A stretch of DNA of 49,693 nt, filler included, from Catajapyx aquilonaris (Eukaryota): the NCBI GenBank assembly GCA_000934665.2. It is 2 parts of 2 records of this genome, joined end to end, with 100 filler letters (N's around TTAATTAATTAA, not from the genome) between each part and the next. Parts side by side here need not be neighbours in the genome. Positions count along the whole stretch, not along the records: positions 1 to 24,739 come from JYFJ02005468.1; 1 more part is not named here. The stretch is one strand, 5' to 3'. Shown here one piece after another: positions 1-12,660 of the stretch. Each line of letters opens with the position of its first letter. The first letter of the stretch is position 1. The notes under the pieces were generated by a model. That model saw nothing but the letters and a program-made list of their open reading frames with translations. It was not told where the DNA came from and did no database searches. Made by a program: the position numbers and the translations under genes.

Positions 1-184
1 TCTCTCTCTCTCTCTCCACTTTCGCAATTTTGCCAAATTTTGTGCCAAATTTTGGCAAGTTGGTCGCTGACTACCCCTTATAGGGAAATGTGTTGTTGCT
101 GTTGTTGTTGCTGCTGCTGTTGTATTATTAGGCTATTATTATTATTAGGCTATTATTATTATTAGGCTATTATTATTATTAGGC

Positions 185-245
<61 letters not shown>
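1..245. repeat. Compound microsatellite: (TC)n, (GTT/GCT)n, (TTA)n with a 17-bp higher-order unit
   Basis: Read directly. AGGC interruptions at 130, 147, 164 and 181 give a 17-bp period inside the (TAT)n tract. Confidence 0.95.
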
Positions 246-248
<3 letters not shown>

Positions 249-2457
249 GGCTATTACTAGCAGTGGTTGAAATGCATTACCGGTATTTTAAAAATTCAAT
301 TTGTATATTTATGAACACTTTGCGTTTGTTTACCTGAGCCTGTACCCAAACAGGTGCACATACCCAAATGTAAACAATAACACCAACAATATTCCAACCG
401 GCCCGATACAGTCCGGCAGTGCACTGACCTGTCCAACATAACCATACTTGTAACCGAAACCCCCAAATAATTCCGCCAATGAACACTCTGAATATGAATC
501 CACCCCCCCTCCGGAATTCCTCCCTCGAGACGCCAAATCTGGCAACCCCGTGTTTTTACCCCCGGTCAAAAAATTCCGGGGCCTCCCCCCCCCCCCCCNC
601 CTAGCCCGAGCACTCAAATCAGCTCCGGCGGGTTGGGAAAATCACGCGAAAAGGAGGCACTTCAGTGTCCGGAGGAGCGTCCTGGAGAGAGGACCACTCC
701 ACCCAACCCCCCCTCCCCCCATTGTCACAACTTGTAACAATAGTATAGCCCCCCTCGAAGACTGTTTTAAATGAAGGGGGAGCAGACGTCTTTACCTTAG
801 GATGTGCTAGTGGCTTACTTTGGAAGTGCGTGAATTTTTTGAGTGTGTGTGAGTGCGTGTGCGGGGACCTGTTTAGTATGGCCCGGATTGTGGTGCTGTT
901 GCTCCTGATGGTGCTGATGGTCGGGAGGGGGACCACAGAGAGCACAGGTAAGGACCCGAAACACGTGCAGGATTTTTTAGGAGGGTTGTTTGCTCCGGGT
1001 GGCGTTGCCCTTCCAAGTTGCCTCAAGTTCACGGCCGTTGAGGGGGGGTTCGCACACTGGCGGTTGACGGGTCAAAGGACCGGGTGACAGGTGGTTTTTG
1101 GTACAATGACGAACAAAAAGAAGTGGACATCGGTACAAATGTTGGGAAAACTGCCGGGAGATGTCGGTAGTGTTTTCAAGGCCATTTGACGCCAAATTCG
1201 ATGACCGCTCGCAATAGGCTATTACAACCGACTATTAAATCCGCTCTGTACTATTAGTACAAAAAAAGGGGTCCAATTAGCGCGGACTTGTGCCGGCTTC
1301 CATCATTTCATTGAAGGCGTATAAAACGGAAACAAGAGCACCTCGAGTATTACCATTATGTCGCCAGTAGAGCAGAATTAGGCGGGGCACAAGTCGGATT
1401 CATGGAAGCCTGGACCACCAATTAAAATCTGCACGGATCATGTGGCAAGGATCGGAATAGGCCAAGGAGTATGGTACAGGTGTATGAAATTGAGGGCATG
1501 TTTGCATGTTAAAAATGGGGGAAACAATAGCCAATATTTGCTACATATCGGAAGGTTAATTAGAGCCATTTTAACAAAAGTTGGTTCGAAATTAGTTTTT
1601 TGCGGAATTTCTGTACATGGCATGTACAGGGTGTGCAAAAATTGATTTACGTGGGTAATTCCTACCAGAAAAAAAATAGAGGCATATGTGGGTCCCGGAG
1701 CAGGTCCGGAGGTTAAAGTTTCAGACGAGAGGACACAAATCCTGGTGAGGATTAGCGCCCTGGCTCTAGGTTTTCCTCATTTCAGTTGGGGGGAGGATAG
1801 GCCCGATAAATATCATTTTTGCGGAGAAAGTTGGCAAGCGGATGCTGGCTCGGCCCAAATTTGCCACAGGAATGGAGCCCAACCCCCCCACTATATATAC
1901 CCCCTTTGTCAACTGGGGAGTGGTTGCCCAGGGATTAAGTGCGGAAGAGTTGATAGAAAATTGTTAGCTGGCCACAAGCGGAATTTTTGCGAGCATTGCA
2001 CTTTTTTTTAAATGCTGACATAAGTTGCGACCAGTCAATGCGACGTGTGTTGGTATGCAAAATTTTAGGGGGGTAATATACTAACAATGGTGGTGGCTTC
2101 ATTAGCGTGAAAGGTGATTGCAATGGGAGCTGCCAGTCGATTGTTCCGGATTGTGATCTGCGGAGGTGAGAGTTGCAAACACACAGGCGACAATAGGCAA
2201 AAAAAGGGGGGGATGTGGGCCAATAGTCAGGCAGAGAATTGAATGCTAACTATTACTGACGGCGTCGGAATGTGCATGTCATTCATACTGCTGACACAGG
2301 GATTACAAAAGCTCTGACCCACCATATATGGCGGTTCAAGAGTGATAAACAGAGTGAAAAAAAACCGGATTAATTAATCGGGCAGGGGCCAATTAGGAAG
2401 AGCGATGCGCAAAGATAAGCAGTGATTGGTGTCAAATATGACTATAAAATCTACGCA

Positions 2458-2790
2458 TACTAACCGATGCGTATTGGCCACCTCATGAGTTTGTATCGAA
2501 ATTTTTGCCCAATATTTTTGATTAAGCCTACTAACCGAGCCGTGATTGGCCACCTCATATGAGTTTGTATCGAAATTTTTGCCCAATATTTTTGATTAAG
2601 CCTACTAACCGAGCCGTGATTGGCCACCTCATATGAGTTTGTATCGAAATTTTTGCCCAATATTGTCGACTACTAACCGAGGCGTGATTGGCCACCTCAG
2701 GAGTTTGTATCGAAATTTTTGCCCAATATTGTCGACTACTAACCGAGGCGTGATTGGCCACCTCATATGAGTTTGTATCGAATTTTTTTT
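2458..2790. repeat. Minisatellite, about 4.7 copies of a 66-74 bp unit
   Basis: Units start with TACTAACCGA at 2458, 2529, 2603, 2671 and 2737. The core is TACTAACCGAG.CGTGATTGGCCACCTCA(TAT)GAGTTTGTATCGAAATTTTTGCCCAATATT, with two junction variants (TTTGATTAAGCC or GTCGAC). Confidence 0.95.
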
Positions 2791-5341
2791 AAAGGTTGAT
2801 GACCGATTGATATGGCAGTTAAAATATCAGGGTGAAATGAGGTGGAAAGATGGACATTCCCGGTGGTGTTGCGGTAATGACACGCTGGTCCCCCCCTTTA
2901 CTCAAAGGACCCATATAACATGTAGCGTTTACAGAAGCGCCGGCGGAGGTTGGTGTGTGCATAGTGGAGTATCCCCAAGGCAGAATGTAGTTGCGGAGGG
3001 AGGGGGATCCCGAAAAGCAATTATGACAAGTGCATCATGGTGGGCACAATGTGTGAAAACCTGTTTGTGACACGACAGAGGTTCAAGGGGGGGGGGGGAT
3101 GGGGAGGAATTTCCATAGAACATGTGGTGCCCGGTGGGTGGGTGGAAATAATGTAACTTAAGCGGGCATTTTTTGGGAGGAATGCTTGAGGGTGCATTTT
3201 AGGATTGGCACTCATGTGGAGAGATGGTTTTGCGGATTTAAAGCTCGTTTTGTAGGGAATTTTTAATGTGAAAAATAGTTATACAGTAATTGAATTTGCA
3301 TAAGTTGGGCACTTTTCCTTAATATTTTCACATTTGTGTTGGATTTCTTTACAAATGGTTTTTACAGTCGTTTTCAAAATGAAAAGATAAGCCCTAAGTG
3401 AGCCCTTGCTACGATTTAATTAGTGATAACAATGGTCGAGAGGGTCCTTGCAGGGGGGGGACACAAATGGGATTAGTACTGATAAATTTTCAACTTTTGG
3501 CTCAACCATGTGACTCAATGTATCTGTTGTTAGGATAAATTATTTGGTTGTGTGTGAAATGACCTCACCACCAGTCTGCCCTGACCACGAGGAACAATGT
3601 TACTAATGAGTTATCAAGATTTATACATTAAAATCAATATCGGGAACAGAAGTTGGTTGGATTCCAATTGTTTTATCAGTTGGCATTTACATTACAAACA
3701 GTTTCCTCCTAAACATCCATGGCAATTGGCCCGAACACTTGTGCATGTGCATTTGTCATGTAAATCCAGGCATTACACTACATCAGAGCATTGTAACCGC
3801 CATTACATCCACATCAGGGAGCACTTAATTAATTTAACCACCGATTACCCAATTATCGATAAATCCTGCTTGTGACGTCCCCCATGCGTGAGGTCAGAAG
3901 TGTCGTCCTGACCTCTCTAGGTCCTTGCATTTGAGAGCCACCGTTGCCGAAGGTAAAAGTCGCATAGTAATTATCGTTTATTGGTAATAAGCTCTTCCAT
4001 TCCCTTTGTGCTGCTCAATGGCGTCAAGAATGGCGCGTATCTCAACTGCTTGGATGTAAATGGCCTGAATAAAAAAAAAGGTAAACGGTATGGTGTTTTT
4101 TCTGGGAGAGAGTGCTGCAGGGGCCATTTGCCTAATTGCGCCTCATCTTTTCGTAAGGAGGAGGCTGTAATAGAAGAAAAACAACGCCTGAGCATGAGGT
4201 TTATTTGGAGATTCTTTGAAAGGCTCTCCGCCCCCGGATATTTAATGAAACAAGAAACTGTGAGACATCGTTACAACGACAATATTACTAATGTATGCAT
4301 TTCTTGCAATTTTTTAAAAGCAAATGATTGCATCATTTGGGAGATGAAAGCAGGAGGTCACATGTGTGGTTCCTCATCGTGGGTACCGTTAATATCTTGC
4401 ACGCCAGCTTCCCAAGAGAGTGCAGGAGAGAAGGGTCAAACTCCTGCACTTTCTCTCCATTCCTTAGTCTAGCAGGCGTAATAAAAAACCATTTGTGTAT
4501 ATATCAACCACTTGTTCAGATGAAGTGAACTGACAGGGAATTTCGCACTTATGTAGTCGGCAACAATTTCTAATAATTGGCCATCTATTTTTTAAGTGTG
4601 GAAAGTGTGTCTGGAGCAAATATTTTGACTGGAACAGGTTTTTTTTTGTATATTCGAAAATGGGAGTAAAGGTGGGTGAGTCCTGACCAAACCCAAAAAA
4701 GAGAAAAGAGGGGGTTGAGACGGGTGGGGAAAAATTGTATAAGGTCAGAATCTGGAGATGTAAAAGCATTTGGTCCCATGTCCATTGGGGCCACTTTCAC
4801 CGCCTCTAGTTGCTTGCAGACTGGCTTGGCAACCCTTTAAAAAAATAGACGAAGAACAAAATCAGGGCTAAGGTAGATCATGTTTTCGTGCTGAGTGGTC
4901 GTGTTGATACAAACTTACAAACTGAGAATGGGTTTGAAAAAATTATCACAATTTTTCATGTCCAAATAATTTGTCCCTGGTGATGATGACGTGAAGAGAG
5001 ATAGGCATTTTCCAGATACATGCTCCAAGGATGAAACTAGTTTGCATATTTATAGCCTACAGGATTAATGGTATAAGGATCATGCATATTACAATGCAAA
5101 ATATTTTTCCACTCACATATTTTGTCATTTTTGTCCTTGGGCCTGCCTTTTACATGCGGAGGCAGGAAATTTACATAAGTTTTGAAAGGAAGTTAGGCTG
5201 CATGTGTGCTATTTTGCCTTCCTGTGTGCTTAGTGACGTGCATGGTTTCCCATTTTTTTCTCAAACTAGATTAATGTTAAAGTGCACAAATATACTGGGG
5301 TTACTGATAACGTCGACTTGAGAGAGGCAATCGGACCCCAC

Positions 5342-5863
5342 CCCCTCCAGACTGGACCATTTGTGAAAGTAGAGAATGATAGAAACTCCCGAGATTCCCA
5401 TTTGTACCATATATAGACCTCTATATGTCAACATGGGTCCAAGGACGGTCCTCGGGCTTAACGGTGTATAGACAGATAGGGCTGGGTCTGGCTATAAATC
5501 GGACCGATTTGAGGATGTTTCCAACTGCATTTATCAGTTACAGCATAAAGACAAGGGAGGAGCTCTGGCATTTAACCAAATGCACATATATCGGAGTTTC
5601 GAGCCGCGAAACAGGAGTTTGCGGATTCGCAATATTGGCGAATCCATACTCGCCTAGGGTTTTTCGATCTTCTCTTTTTTTTAAACGAGGGCCTATAGGG
5701 TTGTAGCAAGAGGTCGTGTGGACTAAAGAACTTGGTAATGGAGATAAATGAGGGCCTTTCAAGCACTTAAAGGGCGGCTATTAAGGTCTCAGGAGTGGAT
5801 TGGGCATGGAATGCTGCTACCACCCAGCAATCAAAGTATAAGCCATTTCAATTGATTATTTAG
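5342..5863 (+). pseudogene. Possible highly decayed LTR-retrotransposon integrase remnant
   Basis: Fragments PLQTGPFVKVEND, ANPYSPR and NAATTQQSKYKPFQLI occur in the order and rough spacing of the gypsy rve motifs PF..V.ID, PYHPQ and YN...ST..SPF. No open frame joins them and the catalytic residues are not recognisable. Confidence 0.2.
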
Positions 5864-6610
5864 AGCCACTTCCTCTTTACTGAGGAACGAGATGGGATTT
5901 GTTTAAGGGGGCTGGTTGGACATCGACTCCAATTTTTTTAAGGGTCTTTGGTCGAGGTCGAAAGTTGTCACCCTGATGATGGGTAGTGATACACAAACAT
6001 TGGTCGTATTGACTAGGTGGCAGCAGCATGGTGTTTCATAGCCAAGAGTCCCTTCTTAATTGTCACTCTATACACAATCTGGTAAGCTGCATTCGCGTGT
6101 TTGCGAAAATCTAGGCAAAACCCTCTTGAGTGACATTACAAGTTACAACGCTAATGAAACCGGGAGATAAAAAAGGAGACGACATTAGAGGATAGGGAAG
6201 GTGGAGGTGGGGGGGGCTTAAATTACCACGATGAGCAAGCTCGTAATGAAAGTAAAATTTTGGGTCTCGAAATGAAGATGCCTAATCTCCCGCACACTTT
6301 GGCGCAAACTCCTCCAGACGCCTTGTTGTGCGGGGGGGGGATAAAGAATGGCTTCCGTAACTGGTGGAGACAGTTACCTCATGTTTAATGGAGTTGCTGG
6401 AGAACAAAAGGCACCGTGCCTGCACTATCAATTTAATACAATTACAGAAAGGTCCATAAATACGTAGCGGTAAGGGTGCGCTGAGAAACTTGGCTTATGG
6501 TTTGAGTTTTAAAAATGGTGTATCCGGTCATATGTGTTTGAGTTAGTCCTTTAAACGAGAGAATGGTCTGACGTCATATTCAGCCCGTAGCGCCGCCTAT
6601 TTCCTGTATG

Positions 6611-6664
6611 CGCATGCTCAGAGAACACGGCGCGGCGCGGCGCGCCGTGTTCTCTGAGCATGCG
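6611..6664. repeat. Perfect 24-bp inverted repeat with 6-nt loop
   Basis: CGCATGCTCAGAGAACACGGCGCG (6611-6634), loop GCGCGG, then CGCGCCGTGTTCTCTGAGCATGCG (6641-6664). Confidence 0.95.
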
Positions 6665-9600
6665 TAAGAATGTGGCTCTGTCCTTTTTGATACCAAGGAG
6701 AGCCATTTTTCATCGTGACCTTTCAGATGGGTTTTATTTGGGAGTTTCTCCAGGGTGTGATCATGCGACAAGAACGTCTCTTGCAGAGATGGAAATGTTA
6801 GAAGACAATGGAATCGAGTTGATTTTTCTTCGCTCCAATAGATGGGAAGAGGGGGGGAAAAAAGGCGGAATCTCTGAAGGAGGATTTTCTCTTCGCTTCC
6901 ATCAGATACCTATTTCCTGCTGAAATAGTTCGTCGTGAAGCAACATCAGTCATAGAAATAGAGCATTAGCCAGTTTAGGAAGGGAAAGTAGCTGGATTTG
7001 CGATAAATTTGACGAGTTTACTTTTTTTCTGGAAGGCGCAAAAAGGATGTTCGAGTCATTGAATCACATCGGGAGTCTCGAATATATCTAGTAATCGCTG
7101 ATTTATGTTCAGATGAAATTATCGGAATGCCTGAATTGGTGGACACATCATGCGAATAATTGTTTTAAAGAATCTACATTATTTCATTGTAAGTTGATAT
7201 TTGTCGTTTCATTGAGAATTTTCACAACTGACGTGACTTGCCAGTTGCCACTAGAATATATTCATTTTGTGTGTTATTTATTATGTGTTAGGAACTGGAA
7301 TGAATTACACTGCATTTCTGCCAGTATACCGCAGTTCATGTCAAGTGACTACTGTATTTTAAAGAGCTGACTGTGAAACTACGCGGAGAAGACATTGCAA
7401 ACGCGTACGCCGTACAAACGTGCCCGTTGAACCCAGATTGTCCGTAAATATTTAACGGCAGGTCTGTGATCAGTCACTCCTAGAATGTCATTCCGTAATT
7501 ACCTTTGAAACATGAATGAAGAGCCTCACGTGGACTTGTGTGTCCAACTTGGCTCCCACTCCTACATCACTCGTGCGGACTCTCCCAAGAGCCATTCACA
7601 ACTCACAGAGAAGTCGTCTAAAGTCAAGCATTGCGAGATTAATACTTCAGCACTTTCCAGCATTGTTCAAAGCTTGATTCTTAAATTTTTTCCATACGAC
7701 GTTTGTCGCATTAAAAAAACTCTGGGTGATGGAGAGTGTATGGAGATTCATGCGATGGCCGCCCGGAGGCTACTTTTCAGTCCTCTGGAATAACCCAAGG
7801 GACTACGGTCCTTTATCTTGCTTGGCCTGGAAACAAATGCACTCGGCTACTATGCATGCATAACAGTTGAGGATAGGAAAAATGATACCTGCTTTTTGGG
7901 GGGGTCGGAATAAAAAAAAACATTTTTTTTTTCAAGCTAATGGTATATATGCAGGAGGGAGCTGGAATCCGGAGCCATCCCCACCCCGAGAGGTTCCGGA
8001 GAATATATATTGCACGAGACTAGGGTTGAATGAATATGGAGAGGAAATAGTGTGGAAAATGTCCGGCTTCCTAATCTGAAAGTCTCTCATGTGAATTATG
8101 CGACGGATTAATATGCAGGGGAGGGAAGGGGCATAAGTCTGATTAAGTGGTCAGTAGCACCTATGTTGCTAATTGGTCCATTTTGGTTATTGGCTGCATC
8201 CTCCTATTGGTTGTGGTCTGTACCTGCGCAAAGTTCTAGTGGAGGTACAATATTAGTGGGAACGAGCGGTTTGAAGTTGGACTTTGCATTATAGAGATTG
8301 CTTTGATGCTTGTTGTGTTGAATGCCTTTACAGGTATTGTCTGCATTCAGTGCGTTTTGCACCATTGTTCAAAAGCGTTACTGTATGTCTGAATAGCATT
8401 GCAGGCTTGGAAAATAGGGCTCTCCCCGAGAGTATTTTTTTGTGCCGGAGACACCTCATTAATACTTGGCATGTATATCTTAGTATTCCGGAAGGTGTTG
8501 TCTTGTAGACTGGCTGTTCTGCTGTCACTTTTGTGCGGCATAATCGTTTTTTTTTTATTCGTCTTCCGGGTGTACGTCCGGAGGACTCTGGAAAAAAATG
8601 GCTGAATCAGTCGTTTCCACGACAAAAGCAGGGGAAAAGAACGGAAAAAAGCTGTGTGAGAAAACGTGGGTCAACATCTCCGACCTGCCAACGACAAGAT
8701 TCGATTTCCTGCCTTGACAGGCTTCCAACCGGAGTAAGAAAACAAAAACCCCCGCTGTTTCGGTATGAAACGATAATATAGAGGGGAAAAAAACTGGCGG
8801 TATTTCTTTTACTGGAAGAAGTCAATCACGATGGGCCTGGGAAATATGTGTGTCGAAAGAGTGTGATATAACCTGAGACTTATGGCAATAATTCACACTG
8901 GAAAGGTTTGCAAGCCGGCTAGGAATGTAGTAATTAGCGTGAAGGTGCATTTGCACTAATGAGGCCGCTCGAGAATTATAGTGACGACTTCTGAAGGTAT
9001 AAAACATGCATAATGTCGTGTTTATGTGTCAACTGCTGGGACCGTGACTTATCACATCAGCTACCTCCGGGAATTAGGCCGAGAATACAATGTGATGGAC
9101 TGTGTACACGAATTTCATATATTATGCAATTTTTGGTGGAGAGCACAAAATCTTCTTCTATAATATTAAAATCCTTGCGTTGCTTGGCCGAGCCCTCTGA
9201 TTGGTCCGCCCCTATATTGTTGCCGCCAACGTTTCCTATTGGCCCACGTTCATTGTTACTGCGACGTACCACCTCTCCGATTGGCCCCCGTTCCGAGCAT
9301 GCGCAATGGGGGTGGGACCTGTTCAGTTGCATGCTGACCTCCGCGGGTGAAGGTCGCTTTCTTTCGTCTCTCCCGCCGTTGCCTCATCGTCACACGGGCC
9401 CAGATCCATGTCACTTCCCCCCAAGTATATGTTTTTAAAATTAAATAAAAATATTATGCGGTACGGTACACTACTTGAAGTGTGTTCCGGTCTCCTGCAC
9501 TCTTTTACGAATAGACAATTGCACTGAAGGACACTGGTCACCTTTTCTCATTTTTGACGGCATCAATATTCGAGTCAAATATTTGGTGAAAGCTGTCCTT

Positions 9601-9921
9601 CACGCCATCGAGAGCGTCCCACGAGCACCGTTGTGCTCGGTGTGAAAGGTCTCATTTGTGTCCCTCAAAGTACTTGAAGTTCGGAACTTTTCCGCTCAGG
9701 CGGGTTCAGAGTGGAACTGTAGCGCGAAGTTTACAAGGTGGGAGGGTGAATAATATATCTCTCCATTTGGCTTCCGGCTACACAGAAACGGAAAACCATG
9801 GACTTCCCAAAACGTTTGAAACTATACGAACCTGGAGGCGATTTACACGAGCAGTTTCTTTTGTGGAGGTAGTTTGTGACACCTGGTACACTGCTGGGGT
9901 GGTTTATTTCCACAGCAGATT

Positions 9922-9962
9922 GATCTGGGGTTCGTGGTTCGAATCCCGTACGGGGTTATGGA
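9922..9962 (+). mobile_element. Fragment of a tRNA-derived SINE head (B-box only)
   Basis: GGTTCGAATCCC at 9936-9947 in a SINE-like context. No clear A-box, body or TSD. Confidence 0.3.
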
Positions 9963-12559
9963 CCAACAAACGTCAAATTTTATGGTGCGTTAAAATTATT
10001 AGCTATTTGAAGACAAGGGAGCGTCTGGTTTTCTCCTGGGATTTATGGCAAACTTTCCCCTCATTCATGCCATTGTTGCGTGATCGTGACATCTCGCCAC
10101 GAATTGACCCACCCCCATGCATAAGGTGCGTGTGATTCGGTGGACATAATTTACGCACATGTGTCACGTCACTTAATTTTTTTTATATATACGCAAGGGT
10201 CAGTAACATGTAGGTCAGGCCCGGAAGAAACTGAACGCCGCCGGTTTTCTTTTTTGGAAGAACGAAAGGGAGGGCAATAAAAGATGAAGAGTGCAGCTCA
10301 AATGGGGATTGAGGTCGAACCATGAAACCGGTTGACCAGTTACGTCACACATCTTTGCAAAGGGAAAGGTGCTGGAGAGGCCAAGGTTGGTCTAATTTAG
10401 TTACGAGATGCTTGAATTATTTTTTTAAAGATGATTAAGTCACATATTTGCACTAGGATTATTTTGAAGTTGAAATTAGATCTGGAGGCTTGTTTTCGTG
10501 TTGGGCTAGGTACTCTGGAGGAACATTTATGAGGGAATGAATGAAAACGGGCTGAATGCTGAGAAATGGGAGGAGTTGTGCCTGCAGTAAACTCGCCCAT
10601 TACTTGTCTCTAGGAAAAGAAAACAAGGGCTAGACTTTCACAACAAGGGAGGAATGGGACGTGTATTCAAGAGATGAAGTTGCTCCAAGGCACTACCAAC
10701 CAAGGATTTGGACTATGCTGTGTACATGGCCGGTCATGTGGATTAATGCTGCAAAATTTTGAATTTCGAATCACGATATATCACGTAATAATTCTGTGAA
10801 TTAGTGACACTTGTTGTGTAAGTGGGATTACTATGCAGGTGCCTGCGAGGTGGCTGCTGTCTCTAGATTGTAGCGTGTACAAAGGAGGTATCCGTCTCCG
10901 AATAGGACTTGTGGGTGAAAGGTATGGGACGATAGAAGTGTGCTGGAGGAGCAATAGCCGGCGCATGCAGCCGGCGCCTAATTCCTGATCTCATATTCCG
11001 TTTGGAAGAGCTTCAAAGGCGATTTTCTGTCTCGTTAGAAGCGCGGCTTCATTTTCGCCTTTGGCCCCGCGGCGCTCTTTTGTGGCCGCACCATCCAGTT
11101 TGCCCGCCTTGGCTGCTGCTGCAACCAGGGAATCCTTATTGGATTATTAAGGTTTCAACCATGGGAGCGGCTAGGGTCTGCAAAAAAAATATGGAGGAAT
11201 ATAAGAGAAGGTTGTCATGTGATGCGTTCAGCAACAGTTGTGGAGATGGCTGATTGTGGAGGGCATTCACATGCTGGTGGCATATGTCGGTGGTTATGTA
11301 ATTTTGGGGACGCATATGGTGGAGCGCGATAATATTGGCTGATTGTCAACACTGGGTGGGGCTGGCCAATATTTTAACACATTTGTGCGTCGGTGTGCCA
11401 TTGGCGGGATCAGAAACACTGTAATTTCTTATTGTCCTTTTGTCACCTTCCACAAGTGCCATCAGCGGCACAAGTTTCGAGTTCACTTATTGAGACCAAC
11501 CGTAGTGTGAAATCGACGCCTTGGAGACGTGAAAAACGCTTCTCTTAATGACGAACGACGAGATGACTTTTGGGAGGGACCGTCAGGTTGTGAAAAGTGC
11601 AATTAGGAAGCAAGAAGCTTCCATAACCCCTCAGGGAGGTCTCAAAAGAAACAAACTTGGGCGACAGATATTGAGACACTTTTGTCGTCTCCTCTTCAAG
11701 AGGCTGTCGCAGAAAATAATGTCCGACCTCAAGGTACTCAGCGTCGGAATTCAAGATCAAAAGTGGCTGCAACAAAAGGTAAAGTGGAAAGGAGCCCGAG
11801 GAAGGAATCTTTTGACATTTTACTTTGTTTACCGCCTGGCGTCTTCGTCGCATTATAATGTCTCATGGAGGTAGGATCGTTGCTCCAAAGTATTGAGAAT
11901 GGCTACAGAGTCACGACAAGGCAAAGTTCGAGACTCGCCAAAGTTATTCGTGGCATTAATTTTGATCGGAGCAGCTCGCGGAATGTAACCCTTGCGCCTT
12001 ATTGGATCAAGGTGACGGAAATTTTTTTCGGTGCGCAGGCGTGAATTAATTGGCGGAACATGCACAGAGCATGTCGCATTTATATTTGATTACTAAGGAA
12101 AGGTCTTAATTTAGCCGAGTGTGAGGAAGGCACATTTTTTCGCCTCTCAAAAAATATACAAATTGTAATGTCAGATAAGCCAGCCCGGGGGTCGAACTGA
12201 GTCTTGATTAAAATGGACAGAACCCCTTTAGATACGGGTTACATCCTGCCTTAGCGATGTTCTTGTGGTGCCTTCATCCGCAATCAAATTTCGTGGCCCC
12301 TGGTCATGCCCGGGATTGAAAGCGGTCGGAAATTCCAACACTCCAGACCCCACTTTTGATTGGCAGACAAGTGGAGTTTGCTCTTTTTTTGTGGGGGAAG
12401 GAATTGAGGGAGTTGCTGGGGAGAAGGAGGGTTTGGGTTCCTCTTTGGGGTGAGTTGAAGCTCGATTGATTCATTGATTCCGGGTTGTAGTGGTCGTCTT
12501 GGAGACCGAAGTGAGGGGAGAGAGAAGTTTTTGATGAGTGCTTTCATCCTCGATTTCTT

Positions 12560-12660
12560 CTGGACGTTATGGTCGACGGATTCTGACCAGATAATGTCTC
12601 ATTTCTACGAGTATATAAAATGTGGGTATTCTCGGACTGTCGGGATAATACCGATGTGAG
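12560..12660 (-). pseudogene. Decayed Penelope-like reverse transcriptase fragment
   Basis: The minus strand reads YYPDSPRIPTFYILVEMRHYLVRIRRP*, resembling the Penelope RT N-terminal motif P..PR.P.FY.LPKIHK...RPIVS. A stop follows immediately. Confidence 0.35.

Noticed and set aside
2458..2790. CRISPR array
   Set aside because: There are no unique spacers, the whole unit is repeated, no cas genes are present and the context is eukaryotic.
5971..6005. Penelope-type minimal hammerhead ribozyme (CCCTGATGATGGG...AAACATTGG)
   Set aside because: CTGATGA is present but the GAAA core and a paired stem II are missing. At best it is a decayed remnant.
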